Position numbers and translations under genes: made by a program
The notes under the pieces: generated by a model
What the model was told of the DNA's origin: nothing
What the model saw: the letters and a program-made list of their open reading frames with translations, nothing else
The model's database searches: none
Shown: positions 17,499 to 27,614 of the stretch, in pieces
Layout: every line of letters starts with the position of its first letter
Numbering within the stretch: position 1 is the first letter of the stretch
Origin: Candidatus Chisholmbacteria bacterium
GTDB taxonomy: Bacteria > Patescibacteriota > Microgenomatia > UBA1400 > Chisholmbacteraceae
Assembly: GCA_963704905.1 (NCBI GenBank)
Contig: CAVPHZ010000001.1
Location: 451,438-515,437, forward strand
Direction: 5' to 3'
Length of the DNA: 64,000 bases

Positions 17499-18062
17499 TT
17501 GATGTGTTACACTTGCGGCATGAAGAGATTTAGAAAGCATGTGACGACAAAAACAGGAAAAAAAATCATTTTGCGTGGACCGCGGAAGAGTGATGTTGAT
17601 GGGCTTCTTTACTACATTAACGCTTTAGTTGATGAGGATACATTTATCTCGGTAGTAGAGAAAGTAACAAGAGAACAAGAGGAAAAGTATGTTAATAAAC
17701 TTCTGAAATCTGCTAAGGAAAACAATATTGTTTGTGTACTTGCAGAATATCAGGGAACAATTATTTCCAATAGCAGTATCGAGCGAGTTGGCGGACGACA
17801 AGCTCATGTCGGAGTGTTTGGGATTGCGATTTCTAAAGGATTTCGAAATGAGGGGTTAGGCTCTATTGTTATCGAGGAGCTGATAAAACTTGCAAAAGAA
17901 CAAATGAAGCTGAAGATTGTTTATCTTCCGATGTTTGCTCATAATGAGCGAGCACGGTATGTGTATGAGAAGATGGGTTTTGCTGAATGCGGACGTATCC
18001 CTAAGGCAGTTTTACATCAGAATCAATATGTTGATTATGTCTATATGTACAGGGAGTTATAA
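17499..18062 (+). CDS. GNAT family N-acetyltransferase
   Basis: RNEGLGSIVIEELIKLAKE acetyl-CoA binding motif (R/Q-x-x-G-x-G/A). Confidence 0.7.
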   Translation: MMCYTCGMKRFRKHVTTKTGKKIILRGPRKSDVDGLLYYINALVDEDTFISVVEKVTREQEEKYVNKLLKSAKENNIVCVLAEYQGTIISNSSIERVGGRQAHVGVFGIAISKGFRNEGLGSIVIEELIKLAKEQMKLKIVYLPMFAHNERARYVYEKMGFAECGRIPKAVLHQNQYVDYVYMYREL

Positions 18063-18074
18063 GATAAGCAAAAA

Positions 18075-18569
18075 ATGGTTGAAGTAAACCTAACCGTTAC
18101 TACTCTGCTTTTTGATTTTTCGAATGTGCTGATCTTTGCAAAAGATCAAGGGTATACTGGGCTTCTGAATCCTTTACATCAACGTTTGTCTAAAGATACT
18201 GATTATGATTTTTTTGAAAGTTTTGAATTAAATGAGCGGATTTTAGACTTTTTAGCCCAACGGCAGGATCGATACGGTCTTTATATTTTTACCGCTGGCT
18301 CCCTTCATCAGCAAGTTGAAGTGAAGGCGCGAATCGATTTTATCTTTCGTCGGATTTTTACCACATATGAGTTACAGCTGCGGAAAGAAAACCCTGAGGC
18401 GTATCGCAAAATAGCCCAGATGATTCAACGTCAGCCGAGTGAGATGCTATTTATAGATGATAGTTTTGGGAATATTGAGGCTGCGAAGCAAGCTGGAATG
18501 AATACCATTCTCTTTGAGAGTACTGATCAGTTATTTGAAAAGCTTAGTGAGTTTATTACTATCGCGTAG
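18075..18569 (+). CDS. HAD superfamily hydrolase (small)
   Basis: C-terminal MLFIDDSFGNIEAAKQAGMNTILF matches HAD motifs III/IV. Confidence 0.5.
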   Translation: MVEVNLTVTTLLFDFSNVLIFAKDQGYTGLLNPLHQRLSKDTDYDFFESFELNERILDFLAQRQDRYGLYIFTAGSLHQQVEVKARIDFIFRRIFTTYELQLRKENPEAYRKIAQMIQRQPSEMLFIDDSFGNIEAAKQAGMNTILFESTDQLFEKLSEFITIA

Positions 18570-18575
18570 GTACTT

Positions 18576-19037
18576 ATGACTGTTCGGTTAGCAACGCTCG
18601 ACGATTTTGATGAGATACTACGACTCAGTCAATTGTTGTTTGAATATGAGCGGCAATATGGAGAGACTTATAACTTGGAGTGGACGTATTCAAAACGCGG
18701 CAAAGCGTATTTTAAAAAGAGACTTACCCATAAGCGAGGGCTAGCGCTGGTGTGTGAAGTTAACCAACGCGTTGTCGGATATTTGGCTGGTTGGATTGAT
18801 ACCTATTCATATCGTTCGATTAATCCCATTATTGAGATTGAGAATATGTTTGTTGAAAAAAAGCATCGACGAAAAGGTGTTGGGAGCAGACTTGTCCATG
18901 AGCTTCAAGTGCAAGCTAAGAAGAAAGGCGTGAAGCGGTTGAAGGTTGAGGCGTTGTATCCTAATGAATCTGCATCTTCCTTTTATCGTTCTCTTGGATT
19001 TGAGGGTTTTAACTTGGTATTTGAAGCCGATTTATAA
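18576..19037 (+). CDS. GNAT family N-acetyltransferase
   Basis: HRRKGVGSRLVHELQVQAKKKG motif. Confidence 0.7.
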   Translation: MTVRLATLDDFDEILRLSQLLFEYERQYGETYNLEWTYSKRGKAYFKKRLTHKRGLALVCEVNQRVVGYLAGWIDTYSYRSINPIIEIENMFVEKKHRRKGVGSRLVHELQVQAKKKGVKRLKVEALYPNESASSFYRSLGFEGFNLVFEADL

Positions 19038-19051
19038 TACTCATTCTAAGA

Positions 19052-19738
19052 ATGAAGAAGTACGCATTTTTTGACATTGCCAAGACCTTATACGACGGGT
19101 ATTCCAATTCAGGGTTTTATCTTTTTCTGGCAAAGAAAAAATTGGTGGATGAGTTTGTTGCTAAGGAAGACAAAGAGATTGATAGACTTTATTCTTCTGG
19201 AGCGATTGATTATCGTGAGGCAAGTAGGCGGGTTGTTCATCTCTTAGGCAAGGCTCTGAAAGGGAAGACGAGAACTAAGGTACGGGAGTGGCAGCAACGT
19301 TTTATGGTGGAGGATAATCGGCTTTTTTCTTGGGTTGCTCCTCTGGTTACGTATCTTCGTGAACAGGGTTTTACGATCTATATTATCTCAGCGGATGGTA
19401 CTCCAGTTGTTGAGGCAATTGGAGATTATTTAGGTGTTGATATGGCGTATGCATCTGAGCTTGAGCGAAAAAATGGAGCCTATACCGGTCGAGTTCTGCG
19501 GATGCTAAATTTTGAAGAAAAAGCACACCTTGTTCATCGCATTCTTGGCCATCTGGGGAAAAGTTTAAAGATTGGATTTGGTGATAGCGAAGGTGATGTT
19601 GACATGCTTTCGCATATGGACCATGCGTTTTTGTACCAGCCCAAGGAAAAGAAATTGATTGAGCATGCGAAAAGTGAGGGGTGGTATGTTGTTGATGAAA
19701 ATAATATTTTACTCACTGTAAAGCAAGTCCTGACATGA
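19052..19738 (+). CDS. HAD-IB subfamily phosphatase (PSP-like)
   Basis: GFGDSEGDVDMLSHMDHAF (HAD motif IV GDSxxD); cap-domain-sized insert. Confidence 0.6.
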   Translation: MKKYAFFDIAKTLYDGYSNSGFYLFLAKKKLVDEFVAKEDKEIDRLYSSGAIDYREASRRVVHLLGKALKGKTRTKVREWQQRFMVEDNRLFSWVAPLVTYLREQGFTIYIISADGTPVVEAIGDYLGVDMAYASELERKNGAYTGRVLRMLNFEEKAHLVHRILGHLGKSLKIGFGDSEGDVDMLSHMDHAFLYQPKEKKLIEHAKSEGWYVVDENNILLTVKQVLT

Positions 19739-20481
19739 TTGTTCTTTCAACGCTCCATGATCCTGAAGGACGGTTTGTACCACTTATTCAATCGAGTGAA
19801 GATTTTTTTCAAGAACATACACCTGATTTGATTGTTGCGCATACGACATCTACTTCAGCAAAAACTCTTTCTCATTTAAAGCACTTGGGCGTTGATATTT
19901 TCCCATCCGGGTTGTTCGGGGAAGCAAGGATTGCGAGCTTACAGAGAGGTCTAAAGACGAGAGAGAAAACCTTTTTGACCTGTGATTTTGACAAGATTTT
20001 GCATTGGATCCGCGTTGATCCGGGTGAGTGGGTAAAACTCCTGAAGACAATACCAAGAAAGGATTATGTGGCGTACGGGCGTAGCGAGACAACTTGGAAG
20101 ACGTATCCAATCAGTTGGTACTATCCCGAAACAGCTATTAATCACTTAGTCTCAAAAGCTGTTGGGTTTAAGGTCGATGTGCTGACATCGGTGGCGCTGT
20201 TTAAGCGAACAGCTGCTGAGGTTATTGCAAGAAAAGCCAAGGAGAAGAGCTGGGGATCAGTGGTTGAGTGGTTTCTGTTACCGTTCAAGGAGGGATTGCC
20301 GGTTGGATATACGGATGCAAATGGGTTGAGTTGGGAGGATCCTGATCGGTTTGGTGAGGAGATTAAAGCAGCTAGGGGTTTGAAAACGTGGATGAGTAAA
20401 AACTATGACACTGTTGAAGAGTGGAAAAAGCGCTTAACATCAGCGATGATGCAGGTTGAGGTAATTCAGAGAATGAGTTAA
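19735..20481 (+). CDS. Hypothetical protein translationally coupled to the HAD-IB phosphatase
   Basis: ATGA overlap with the upstream gene; no recognised motif. Confidence 0.3.
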   Translation: MIVLSTLHDPEGRFVPLIQSSEDFFQEHTPDLIVAHTTSTSAKTLSHLKHLGVDIFPSGLFGEARIASLQRGLKTREKTFLTCDFDKILHWIRVDPGEWVKLLKTIPRKDYVAYGRSETTWKTYPISWYYPETAINHLVSKAVGFKVDVLTSVALFKRTAAEVIARKAKEKSWGSVVEWFLLPFKEGLPVGYTDANGLSWEDPDRFGEEIKAARGLKTWMSKNYDTVEEWKKRLTSAMMQVEVIQRMS

Positions 20482-20500
20482 AAATCCTGAGTGAATCATT

Positions 20501-20728
20501 ATGGCTTCTGTTTTTATTCCACCAAAAACTATTCATAAGATGACCAAACTAGGAATTTCAGAGAGTCAAGTGATGGATGTTTTTAATTCAGGAGAGCATG
20601 GGAAGTTTCCATCAGGAAAGTTTAATGCAACAAAGAAATATTCCGGATCTGAAATAGGTATTTGTTATTTTCGAGATGAAACTGGACGGTATGTATTGTA
20701 TGGACCTTGGACTAGAAAGAGAAGGTAG
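20501..20728 (+). CDS. Hypothetical small protein
   Basis: 75-aa ORF immediately after the preceding gene; no motif. Confidence 0.25.
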   Translation: MASVFIPPKTIHKMTKLGISESQVMDVFNSGEHGKFPSGKFNATKKYSGSEIGICYFRDETGRYVLYGPWTRKRR

Positions 20729-20865
20729 TGTATTTTAAAAAGAATGAAGACATACAATCCTCCTAAAGGAATGGAAGAGGTGGGTGGCTACTGTTGTGGC
20801 GCAAGTTTAGTTTATTTGATGATGGTAGGAAATATCTCTATAAAAAGTAACTTTCGAGCATTACC

Positions 20866-21801
20866 ATGAAAATGATTGATCCTCATGTAGATGTTGCAGA
20901 TTTTTACCGATTGAATAATTGGGATTCAACAGATTTTTATCGAGAAGAAAGTGATGCATGGGCAACGTTGTCGAAGATGAAAGCGGCTGGAATTGATGTA
21001 GTAGGGTTGACTTTGTATTTTGATGAGAGTTTTTTAGATACCTCTTATTATGACGGTGTGAAATCATTTTATGATTTCTACCAAAGATTGTTTTCTAGCG
21101 GGAATGGATTGTATTCCATAACTAGTGGAAGAGAATTTCGGGAAAAACCTGCAGATTTAGTCGGTTATTTTTTTTCTATTGAAGGTTTTGAGTGCTTTAG
21201 AAGCCCAGCTGATTTTGAGGAGTTTTATGATTTAGGAGTTCGTAGTTTTGGCTTTACTTGGTCGCACGACAATTTGTATGCGTGCGGACGCCATACCAAG
21301 AGAGATACAGGATTAACAAGCGATGGATACACGGTAATTGAGCGAATGCGTAAGCGAGAAAAGTTGATTGTGGATATTGCCCACTTAAGTGAGAAATCGA
21401 TAGCTGATTTAGAAAAAAAGTGGTCGGGCATGATAGTTACTACCCATGGGAATGTTCGTTCAATTCATGAATCTGTCCATAATCTTACTGATAATGAAAT
21501 CAGTATTATTGTTGAGCGTGATGGTGTGGTGAGCTTATTCCCATTGACAGAAGATACTGGTCCGAACAATACGCTTGATGATTTGTATCGTCATGTGGAT
21601 TATATTGCCTCAAAGTGGGGAATTAAGTATGTAGGCTATTGTTCTGACATCTATCCACTGGACGAATATCCTTTTTTACAGAATGCTCAAGATATTCTGA
21701 TTAACAGGGATTGGTATAGATATTTGTTAACTAGAATGAAGTCTAGCGAGGTAGAGCAGATCATGTGGGGAAATTGGGCTCGAATACTGAGTACGTTATA
21801 A
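20866..21801 (+). CDS. Membrane dipeptidase (peptidase M19)-like amidohydrolase
   Basis: LIVDIAHLSEKSIADL ... VTTHGNVRSIHESVHNLTDNEISIIVERDGVVSL resembles M19 blocks (DlSHvse..., SHSN, RNvpD, GGvvgv). Confidence 0.4.
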   Translation: MKMIDPHVDVADFYRLNNWDSTDFYREESDAWATLSKMKAAGIDVVGLTLYFDESFLDTSYYDGVKSFYDFYQRLFSSGNGLYSITSGREFREKPADLVGYFFSIEGFECFRSPADFEEFYDLGVRSFGFTWSHDNLYACGRHTKRDTGLTSDGYTVIERMRKREKLIVDIAHLSEKSIADLEKKWSGMIVTTHGNVRSIHESVHNLTDNEISIIVERDGVVSLFPLTEDTGPNNTLDDLYRHVDYIASKWGIKYVGYCSDIYPLDEYPFLQNAQDILINRDWYRYLLTRMKSSEVEQIMWGNWARILSTL

Positions 21802-21880
21802 GGCGTATTGATTGTTCAGAGCAGAGTTAATTGATGAGGATTTGAGGATTTGATTGAGTTTTGTATACAATAGATAGTGC

Positions 21881-23707
21881 ATGGTTGATCTGCCCAAGGA
21901 AAATCCATCGTCTCCGTCTGTTGAATTACCACCTGTTGGTGGTGCACCTCCTGATAATCAGGGTCATCAAACTCCTAACATATCAACGCCAACACCTACT
22001 ATTACCTCGACATCACCAGCGACACCGCAAGTTTCTCAACCCTCTCTGACGCAACCGCTGGTTACCCAAGCTCCTCCACCCCCGCCAACACCGGATATGC
22101 CTCAAATTTCTACCGTTTCCGAGGAAATTTCATCAGAAGATGGCGGGAAGAAAAAGCCATGGAAGATCATTTTAATTTTATTCTTGGTGCTGTCCATCCT
22201 TGGTGGTTCACTCCTCACTGGTGCAGGTGTGATGGTAGCGTATGGAAAAATTTCACTTGAGAATGAAGAGCTGAGAAATACCATTGTAAACCTGGTATTC
22301 AGCCTTCCGTTTATTCCTAAGACTCCTGAGTATATTATCGGAAAGTCGGTCATTGCTCACAAAGATGTGTCGAGCGCAACGGTTGAGGCGTCATTGGCGT
22401 CAAGCTCGAAGTCGGTGGCTGACTTGTTTGGGAATCAAAACTTTGATCTGGCCATCAGCGGGCCGGTTGATTTTACTGACGAAAAACAACCAAAAGCCTC
22501 GATTCGGGTGCAGCTGACGAATGAATTTGACGCAGAATTTCGAGTACTGGATGAGGATCTCTATTTTAAGATTGATAAAATTCCGACGGTGGTAACCAGC
22601 ATGTTTACTGCGATGTTGGAAGGAGGGCCGGAGTTTCAAGGATTTGACTCCCTTTTGGGTGTTTGGGTTCATCATTCAATGGAAACTCTTGATACTGAAG
22701 CGAGAAAAACGCTTGAAGAAAATACAGCGGATGAAGATGCATTTGACGAGGCGTATCAAGAATTTGTCGACCGCGTGTTTCGGGCAAAAATTTTACCGAT
22801 TGTTGAAATGACATCGGCTGACGTTGATGGCCATATGACGCATGAATTGTACGTTGATCTTTCTGACCAACTCATAGATGAAGTGTTTGAAGAGATCGAG
22901 GATATCGCTCAGCAGCAGCGAGGGGCAATGCTCGATATTGAAGAAAAAGGGCCACGGCCCTCAGAATTTATAAAGAAACTTCAAATCACGCTTTGGATAG
23001 ATAAAGATTCCTATTATCTTCGCAAAGCTACTGTTGCTACACAATTTGATAACAGTGCATTTCAAGAGAGTCTGCAGGGAAGATCTTCCATGTATGGATC
23101 ATTAGTACCTTCTTTAAACGAGAAAGTGGATATGGTGTTTTCACTGAAGCTTTCTGATATTGGATTACCAGTGTTGGTTGAAGCACCAACAGATGCAATG
23201 TCGCTGGAAGAGTTTATGACAGAGGCGATGCGGTCGTTGGGGTTGGGGTCAATGATGCAGCAATCGATGGGTATGGCACTGTTTTCTAGTGCCAGATTTA
23301 GCGTAGAGCAAGTTTCGAGTGCGGCTTCCTTTTCCTACATCGATAACCAGAGGTATCCAGCGTCTGAGCAAGCCTTACTCGCGTCAGAGTATATTGATTC
23401 TAATTCTACGATTTTCAGCGAAAGTGAAATAAAGTACAAAGTTACAGGTGATGGGCAAGTGGCTGTAATTTATTCTCTTGTGCCTGATTTTAACAGTCCG
23501 GAAGAACCATACTACGGGATCGTGCTTCAGCCACAAGGTACCAACCGAAGTAAAAATTACAGTGGTGATGAGCTGGCTGAGATTCTTACTGAGCATGGAT
23601 TGGGAGTGAATCCGAAATTGCTTGCACCGGTTACGCTGCCTGTTTCACAACCACCAACTTCCGAGCTTGAACCATTTTCGGCATCTTCACAATTTGGGAT
23701 GTTTTAG
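21881..23707 (+). CDS. Pro/Thr-rich membrane-anchored surface protein, hypothetical
   Basis: Low-complexity PTPT/PPPP N-terminus, single TM (LILFLVLSILGGSLLTGAGVMVAY), large C-terminal extracytoplasmic region. Confidence 0.4.
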   Translation: MVDLPKENPSSPSVELPPVGGAPPDNQGHQTPNISTPTPTITSTSPATPQVSQPSLTQPLVTQAPPPPPTPDMPQISTVSEEISSEDGGKKKPWKIILILFLVLSILGGSLLTGAGVMVAYGKISLENEELRNTIVNLVFSLPFIPKTPEYIIGKSVIAHKDVSSATVEASLASSSKSVADLFGNQNFDLAISGPVDFTDEKQPKASIRVQLTNEFDAEFRVLDEDLYFKIDKIPTVVTSMFTAMLEGGPEFQGFDSLLGVWVHHSMETLDTEARKTLEENTADEDAFDEAYQEFVDRVFRAKILPIVEMTSADVDGHMTHELYVDLSDQLIDEVFEEIEDIAQQQRGAMLDIEEKGPRPSEFIKKLQITLWIDKDSYYLRKATVATQFDNSAFQESLQGRSSMYGSLVPSLNEKVDMVFSLKLSDIGLPVLVEAPTDAMSLEEFMTEAMRSLGLGSMMQQSMGMALFSSARFSVEQVSSAASFSYIDNQRYPASEQALLASEYIDSNSTIFSESEIKYKVTGDGQVAVIYSLVPDFNSPEEPYYGIVLQPQGTNRSKNYSGDELAEILTEHGLGVNPKLLAPVTLPVSQPPTSELEPFSASSQFGMF

Positions 23708-23737
23708 CCTCTCATTTTTCCACCATGAAACCCTTAG

Positions 23738-23872
23738 TATAGTTTGCTACACTAACTTGTATGAGTGAGGCGTATACGGAAAAAGATTTTCAAGATCATT
23801 TGGATCAAGAGCATAAAATCACACCTTTTTCAGAGAATCTGAAGAGATCGTTTATGGTGGAAATAATGCATA
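23738..23872 (+). repeat. Duplicated copy (~88% nt identity) of the promoter/5' end of the VIT-family gene at 29078-29210; encodes a truncated 56-aa VIT N-terminus remnant
   Basis: Compare 23744-23868 TTGCTACACTAACTTGTATGAGTGAGGCGTATACGGAAAAAGATTTTCAAGATCATTTGGATCAAGAGCATAAAATCACACCTTTTTCAGAGAATCT with 29081-29185 TTGTTACACTATCTTGAATATGGAATACAGCGAAAAAGATTTTCAGGATCATTTGGATCAAGAGCATAAAATCACACCTTTTTCAGAGTATCT; peptide MSEAYTEKDFQDHLDQEHKITPFSE vs MNMEYSEKDFQDHLDQEHKITPFSE. Confidence 0.6.
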
Positions 23873-23879
23873 TCGATTA

Positions 23880-25268
23880 CTATGACAACAATTTCATTCC
23901 ATTGTTTACGTACTTCTTTAATTGTTTGTAATCAACTAAGTATTTCAATATTTTCTTCGGGCGTAGATAAAATTGTTGATGCGCGTATTTTACCGAGTTA
24001 TTCAGCTTTTCTTCTGGTATTTGTTTGTGTTTTAGAATTGTCATTCGGCTGGGATCAAATACTCTTAACACTGCTTTATGATTAGCTTGTGTTTTCATAG
24101 TTTCATTGTATAAATCGGTACCGTAATCGGGAGTTAATATTGTAAAAGATGCGAAGTCTGGATTAAGTTTCAAAGCAAATTTTATTGTGTTTTGCAGCAT
24201 TGCTTCTGATTCATTTGGGAAACCGAGGATGAAATAACCAAGAGATCTAATTCCCACCTTTCGGCACAAAGCTACAGCATTGAGGATATTTGGAAGCTGT
24301 TTACTTGGAGCAAACTTGTTTAGGGTTTGTTGATTTCCAGACTCGACTCCAATCTGGAGCGTATGACATCCGGCGCGTTTCATTTTCTTTAGTTTTTCTT
24401 CGGTAAGATGAAAACTATGGACATTTGCACTCCAAGAAAAGTTGTAGTTATAGTCGATGAGAAGATCTAAGACGCTGTTGAGGTGTGTTGGATTTGCGTT
24501 GAAGGTAGAGTCTTGAAAGAATATTTCTTTGATGCCGGCTTGATGAATGGCATCGAATTCTTTTTTTAAGTCGTTTCTGTTTCTCGGATAGTAGTTTAGG
24601 ATACTGGCGACGCAAAATTTACAGGTAAAGGGACATCCAAAAGCCGTCAGAACAGTAACCATCGGTTGCTTCCGGGCAACCGGCGTTGAGTATTTGTTTA
24701 ATTTAAATAACTTGTACTGCGGATGTTTGTGAAGAGTTATCTCTGATCCTGGTTTGAGATAGTTAATTCTCCCAAGTTGAATAGATCCATCAGCCTTTCT
24801 TACTGTGAAACTTGGGCTCCACTTGTCATTTGTCATCATCAAGTCTTTTATGCCTGCGTCAAAGAAATTATGGATTATTCCATCGACGAACTTGTACTTG
24901 GTTAGGAACATTTCTGGTTCAATTGTTGGTGTATTTCCTAACACATATAGTTTGGATTTACTGTTTACTACAGCTTGTTGAAGTCCTCTCATGTCTTGAG
25001 GGAAGCTTGCTGTACCGGTCAAACAGACTATACGATCAGGGTTGAAGGAGTTGATGAATTCTTTCACGTTTTTCCAAGTTTGTTTTTCTGCTACCGCGTC
25101 AATAACTTCAAGCTGAATATTTGAGTAGTTTAAATTTCCGGATAGATATAGCAAATCGACAGGAGGCCACAGGTAATCCGTTTTTGAAGTGAAGCAGCAG
25201 TAATTATCGCGAATGATTGTCGCGTGAAATGGTGGATTGAGTAGGAGTACTTTCCGCTTTTGTTTCAT
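23880..25268 (-). CDS. B12-binding-domain radical SAM enzyme (class B, HpnJ/BchE-like)
   Basis: N-terminal Rossmann-like B12-binding region; radical SAM CxxxCxxC as GCPFTCKFC; 462 aa. Confidence 0.8.
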   Translation of the reverse strand: MKQKRKVLLLNPPFHATIIRDNYCCFTSKTDYLWPPVDLLYLSGNLNYSNIQLEVIDAVAEKQTWKNVKEFINSFNPDRIVCLTGTASFPQDMRGLQQAVVNSKSKLYVLGNTPTIEPEMFLTKYKFVDGIIHNFFDAGIKDLMMTNDKWSPSFTVRKADGSIQLGRINYLKPGSEITLHKHPQYKLFKLNKYSTPVARKQPMVTVLTAFGCPFTCKFCVASILNYYPRNRNDLKKEFDAIHQAGIKEIFFQDSTFNANPTHLNSVLDLLIDYNYNFSWSANVHSFHLTEEKLKKMKRAGCHTLQIGVESGNQQTLNKFAPSKQLPNILNAVALCRKVGIRSLGYFILGFPNESEAMLQNTIKFALKLNPDFASFTILTPDYGTDLYNETMKTQANHKAVLRVFDPSRMTILKHKQIPEEKLNNSVKYAHQQFYLRPKKILKYLVDYKQLKKYVNNGMKLLS

Positions 25269-25469
25269 GGAGAAAAGATTATCTTTTAGAATCGGCTGCT
25301 AATTGTGTGCTCTTTCGTTATCGGATAGTCTGGGCTTACATTTTTCTTTATATATTTATAATATAAAAATGCTAGTGGGTGTGCGAATATTTATTTTTAC
25401 CGGTTACTAATCAGTCTACTGCTTTATAACACCCGAAACAGTAGAAGATATCTTCTTTTGGATTAAGGT

Positions 25470-26559
25470 ATGAGATTCGTGAATTTTAGACGACTATTTA
25501 TATTAACTGTAATTTTAACCTTTGGTTTTTTTTTGAGATATAGAGCAGCTCTTTTACAAGATATATGGATTGATGAAGCGACAATTTTCGATGTAAGTCG
25601 TCTGCCAGTGTTGACTCTTCTTCGAAGAGATCATTGGGATACTGCTCATCCCCAACTTTATTATCTTTTTCTCCATTTCTGGATGAAATTGGGAACTACA
25701 CCTCTATTTCTTCGGTTCCCAACGCTGATTACATCAATGACCGCTGGAGTTGTGATATACCGTATCGGAAAACTAGTGCGGAACTCCCGATTTGGCCTAC
25801 TCAGTGTGTATCTTTATTCTATTCATCCATTTTTCGTCAATTTAGGTTTTCAACAGAAGATGTATGGATTTGTAATATTTTTTACTCTTCTTTCGTTTTA
25901 CTCACTTCTCCAGATGTTTAAGAACGAGAAAGAAAATGTGGATGTGGAGCACTATTGTTTTCCATGCTTTGGCGTTTTACTCAGACTATTCCTTTATTTG
26001 GTATTACCTTATCGTTGTGTTGATATCGAGCTTTTTGTTTTTCCAAAAACATTCTAATGAAATAGAGGTACAAAGAATTCTTGTGATTAATCTACTAACG
26101 GCAGTAATCATCGCCATCCATATTCCTAACTTTGTAAGAGGTTTAACTGGTGCACTTGGGTTGGCCAAATATATTGGTGATGTTCATATCTATTGGATAG
26201 CTGATGCACTCAAACAATTTGTATTCTTTTCGACAGATATAAATGACATTTTTGTACTTCTGGTACTTTTTATTAGTGTTCTATCCTTATGGTCGCTTGT
26301 AAAAACTGAGAAGCTAGTGTATCGACGTTTTTTCTTCAAAACTGTTTTTGGATTGCTATTGTTTCCCGTTCTTCTCTCTTTTTTAGCCTCATATATCTCA
26401 CCAATATTTAAAACACGAAATTTGTGGGTGGGAGCACTCTTTCCGATTATTGGCATTACAGCTTTTAGCGAAGTATTTGCACGGAAGTACATAGTTACAA
26501 ATCTTGCAATCTTCTTTTTTATTCTTATTGCTCATATCTGCTTCATATCAAAGAACTAA
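25470..26559 (+). pseudogene. GT-C family membrane glycosyltransferase (GT39/GT83, PMT_2/ArnT-like), apparently split between frames at ~25930-26050
   Basis: N-terminus MRFVNFRRLFILTVILTFGFFLRYRAALLQDIWIDEATIFD is typical of the ArnT/PMT_2 family; 11+ TM helices spread over ORFs 25470-26057 (frame 0) and 25936-26559 (frame 1); combined length with the next ORF (~474 aa) is that of an intact family member. Confidence 0.45.
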
Positions 26560-26893
26560 TTATGAGGGTAATGCTGATTGGAGTGGTTTACGCGATGACA
26601 TTGCAATGGGGGGAGACAAACCACTTATCATTTATGCTGGTGATCGAGCTTGGGAACTTAATTCTCTTTTTCTCTACTATTTTCCTGGATATGATGGCCA
26701 TGTGCCCGTTAGTCAATATAACTTCGTTCATATCCCGAGTAGAGAATTCATTCACAATAATCTGTTATATGATGTTGATGTTCGATCTTCAATAACGATA
26801 TTTTATGATGTGGTGGGTGTAGATCTTCTGGGAGAAATTCAAGGAACATTACGGTGTGGAATCCGAAAATGTCACGATCCGATAGAAATCTAA
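26504..26893 (+). CDS. Hypothetical soluble domain, possibly the frameshifted C-terminal extracytoplasmic domain of the preceding GT-C gene
   Basis: Third frame, overlapping the end of ORF 25936-26559 at a T6 run (CTTCTTTTTTATTC); no independent motif. Confidence 0.25.
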   Translation: MQSSFLFLLLISASYQRTNYEGNADWSGLRDDIAMGGDKPLIIYAGDRAWELNSLFLYYFPGYDGHVPVSQYNFVHIPSREFIHNNLLYDVDVRSSITIFYDVVGVDLLGEIQGTLRCGIRKCHDPIEI

Positions 26894-26933
26894 ATATTTT
26901 AATATAGGATAATCTGGAAATATATTAACCAAT

Positions 26934-27614
26934 ATGGATAACAATAAATACTTAGAAGTGTTATCAGAGCTTCAGAGTTGGATGCGCAGAGAATCGAAGT
27001 TTACTCAGCTCCATCACAAGCTTCGAATAAGGTCGTATCCGTTTCGTTCTCTACTGAACTATCTACCTACGACAGGAAACATTGCAGATATTGGTTGCGG
27101 ATACGGTACCCTAACATTTCTGCTTGCCCGATTGTATCCTGATATTTTTGTGTATGCTTTTGATCCTTCAATGAGGAAGGCAGACGTAGCACGTCGGCTG
27201 CTTGGAAAACTTTCGAATATTTACTTTAGCTCTTACAAGAAAGAATTTTTAGGCTTACCTCAATTGCTTGACGCGGTCGTGATTGTAGATGTGTTATACC
27301 TTCTTTCCTCAAAAGAACGTAAGGATTTAATTAAAAACATGGCTAACTTGCTAAAGAAGGGAGGAAGGATTTACGTCGGGTTTGTTCCACGGCAGTTTCA
27401 TTTCAGATATTTTCTTGCCTTTGTACAAGAGTGGTTTATGGTACGGATTTTTCATTTAACGCATAGCTCGGGTACCATTCTTTCTTTTCAGTCGGTACAG
27501 GAGTTGAAAGACCTGTTTAAGGTCTGTGGCATTCGTTTCTTATCATTGCATTACTTACCAACTTCATTTCCTTTTTACCATCAGCATTACCTAGCAATTG
27601 GAGAGAAATCGTGA
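26934..27614 (+). CDS. Class I SAM-dependent methyltransferase
   Basis: Motif I DIGCGYGTLTFLLA; post-I acidic loop; 226 aa. Confidence 0.7.
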   Translation: MDNNKYLEVLSELQSWMRRESKFTQLHHKLRIRSYPFRSLLNYLPTTGNIADIGCGYGTLTFLLARLYPDIFVYAFDPSMRKADVARRLLGKLSNIYFSSYKKEFLGLPQLLDAVVIVDVLYLLSSKERKDLIKNMANLLKKGGRIYVGFVPRQFHFRYFLAFVQEWFMVRIFHLTHSSGTILSFQSVQELKDLFKVCGIRFLSLHYLPTSFPFYHQHYLAIGEKS

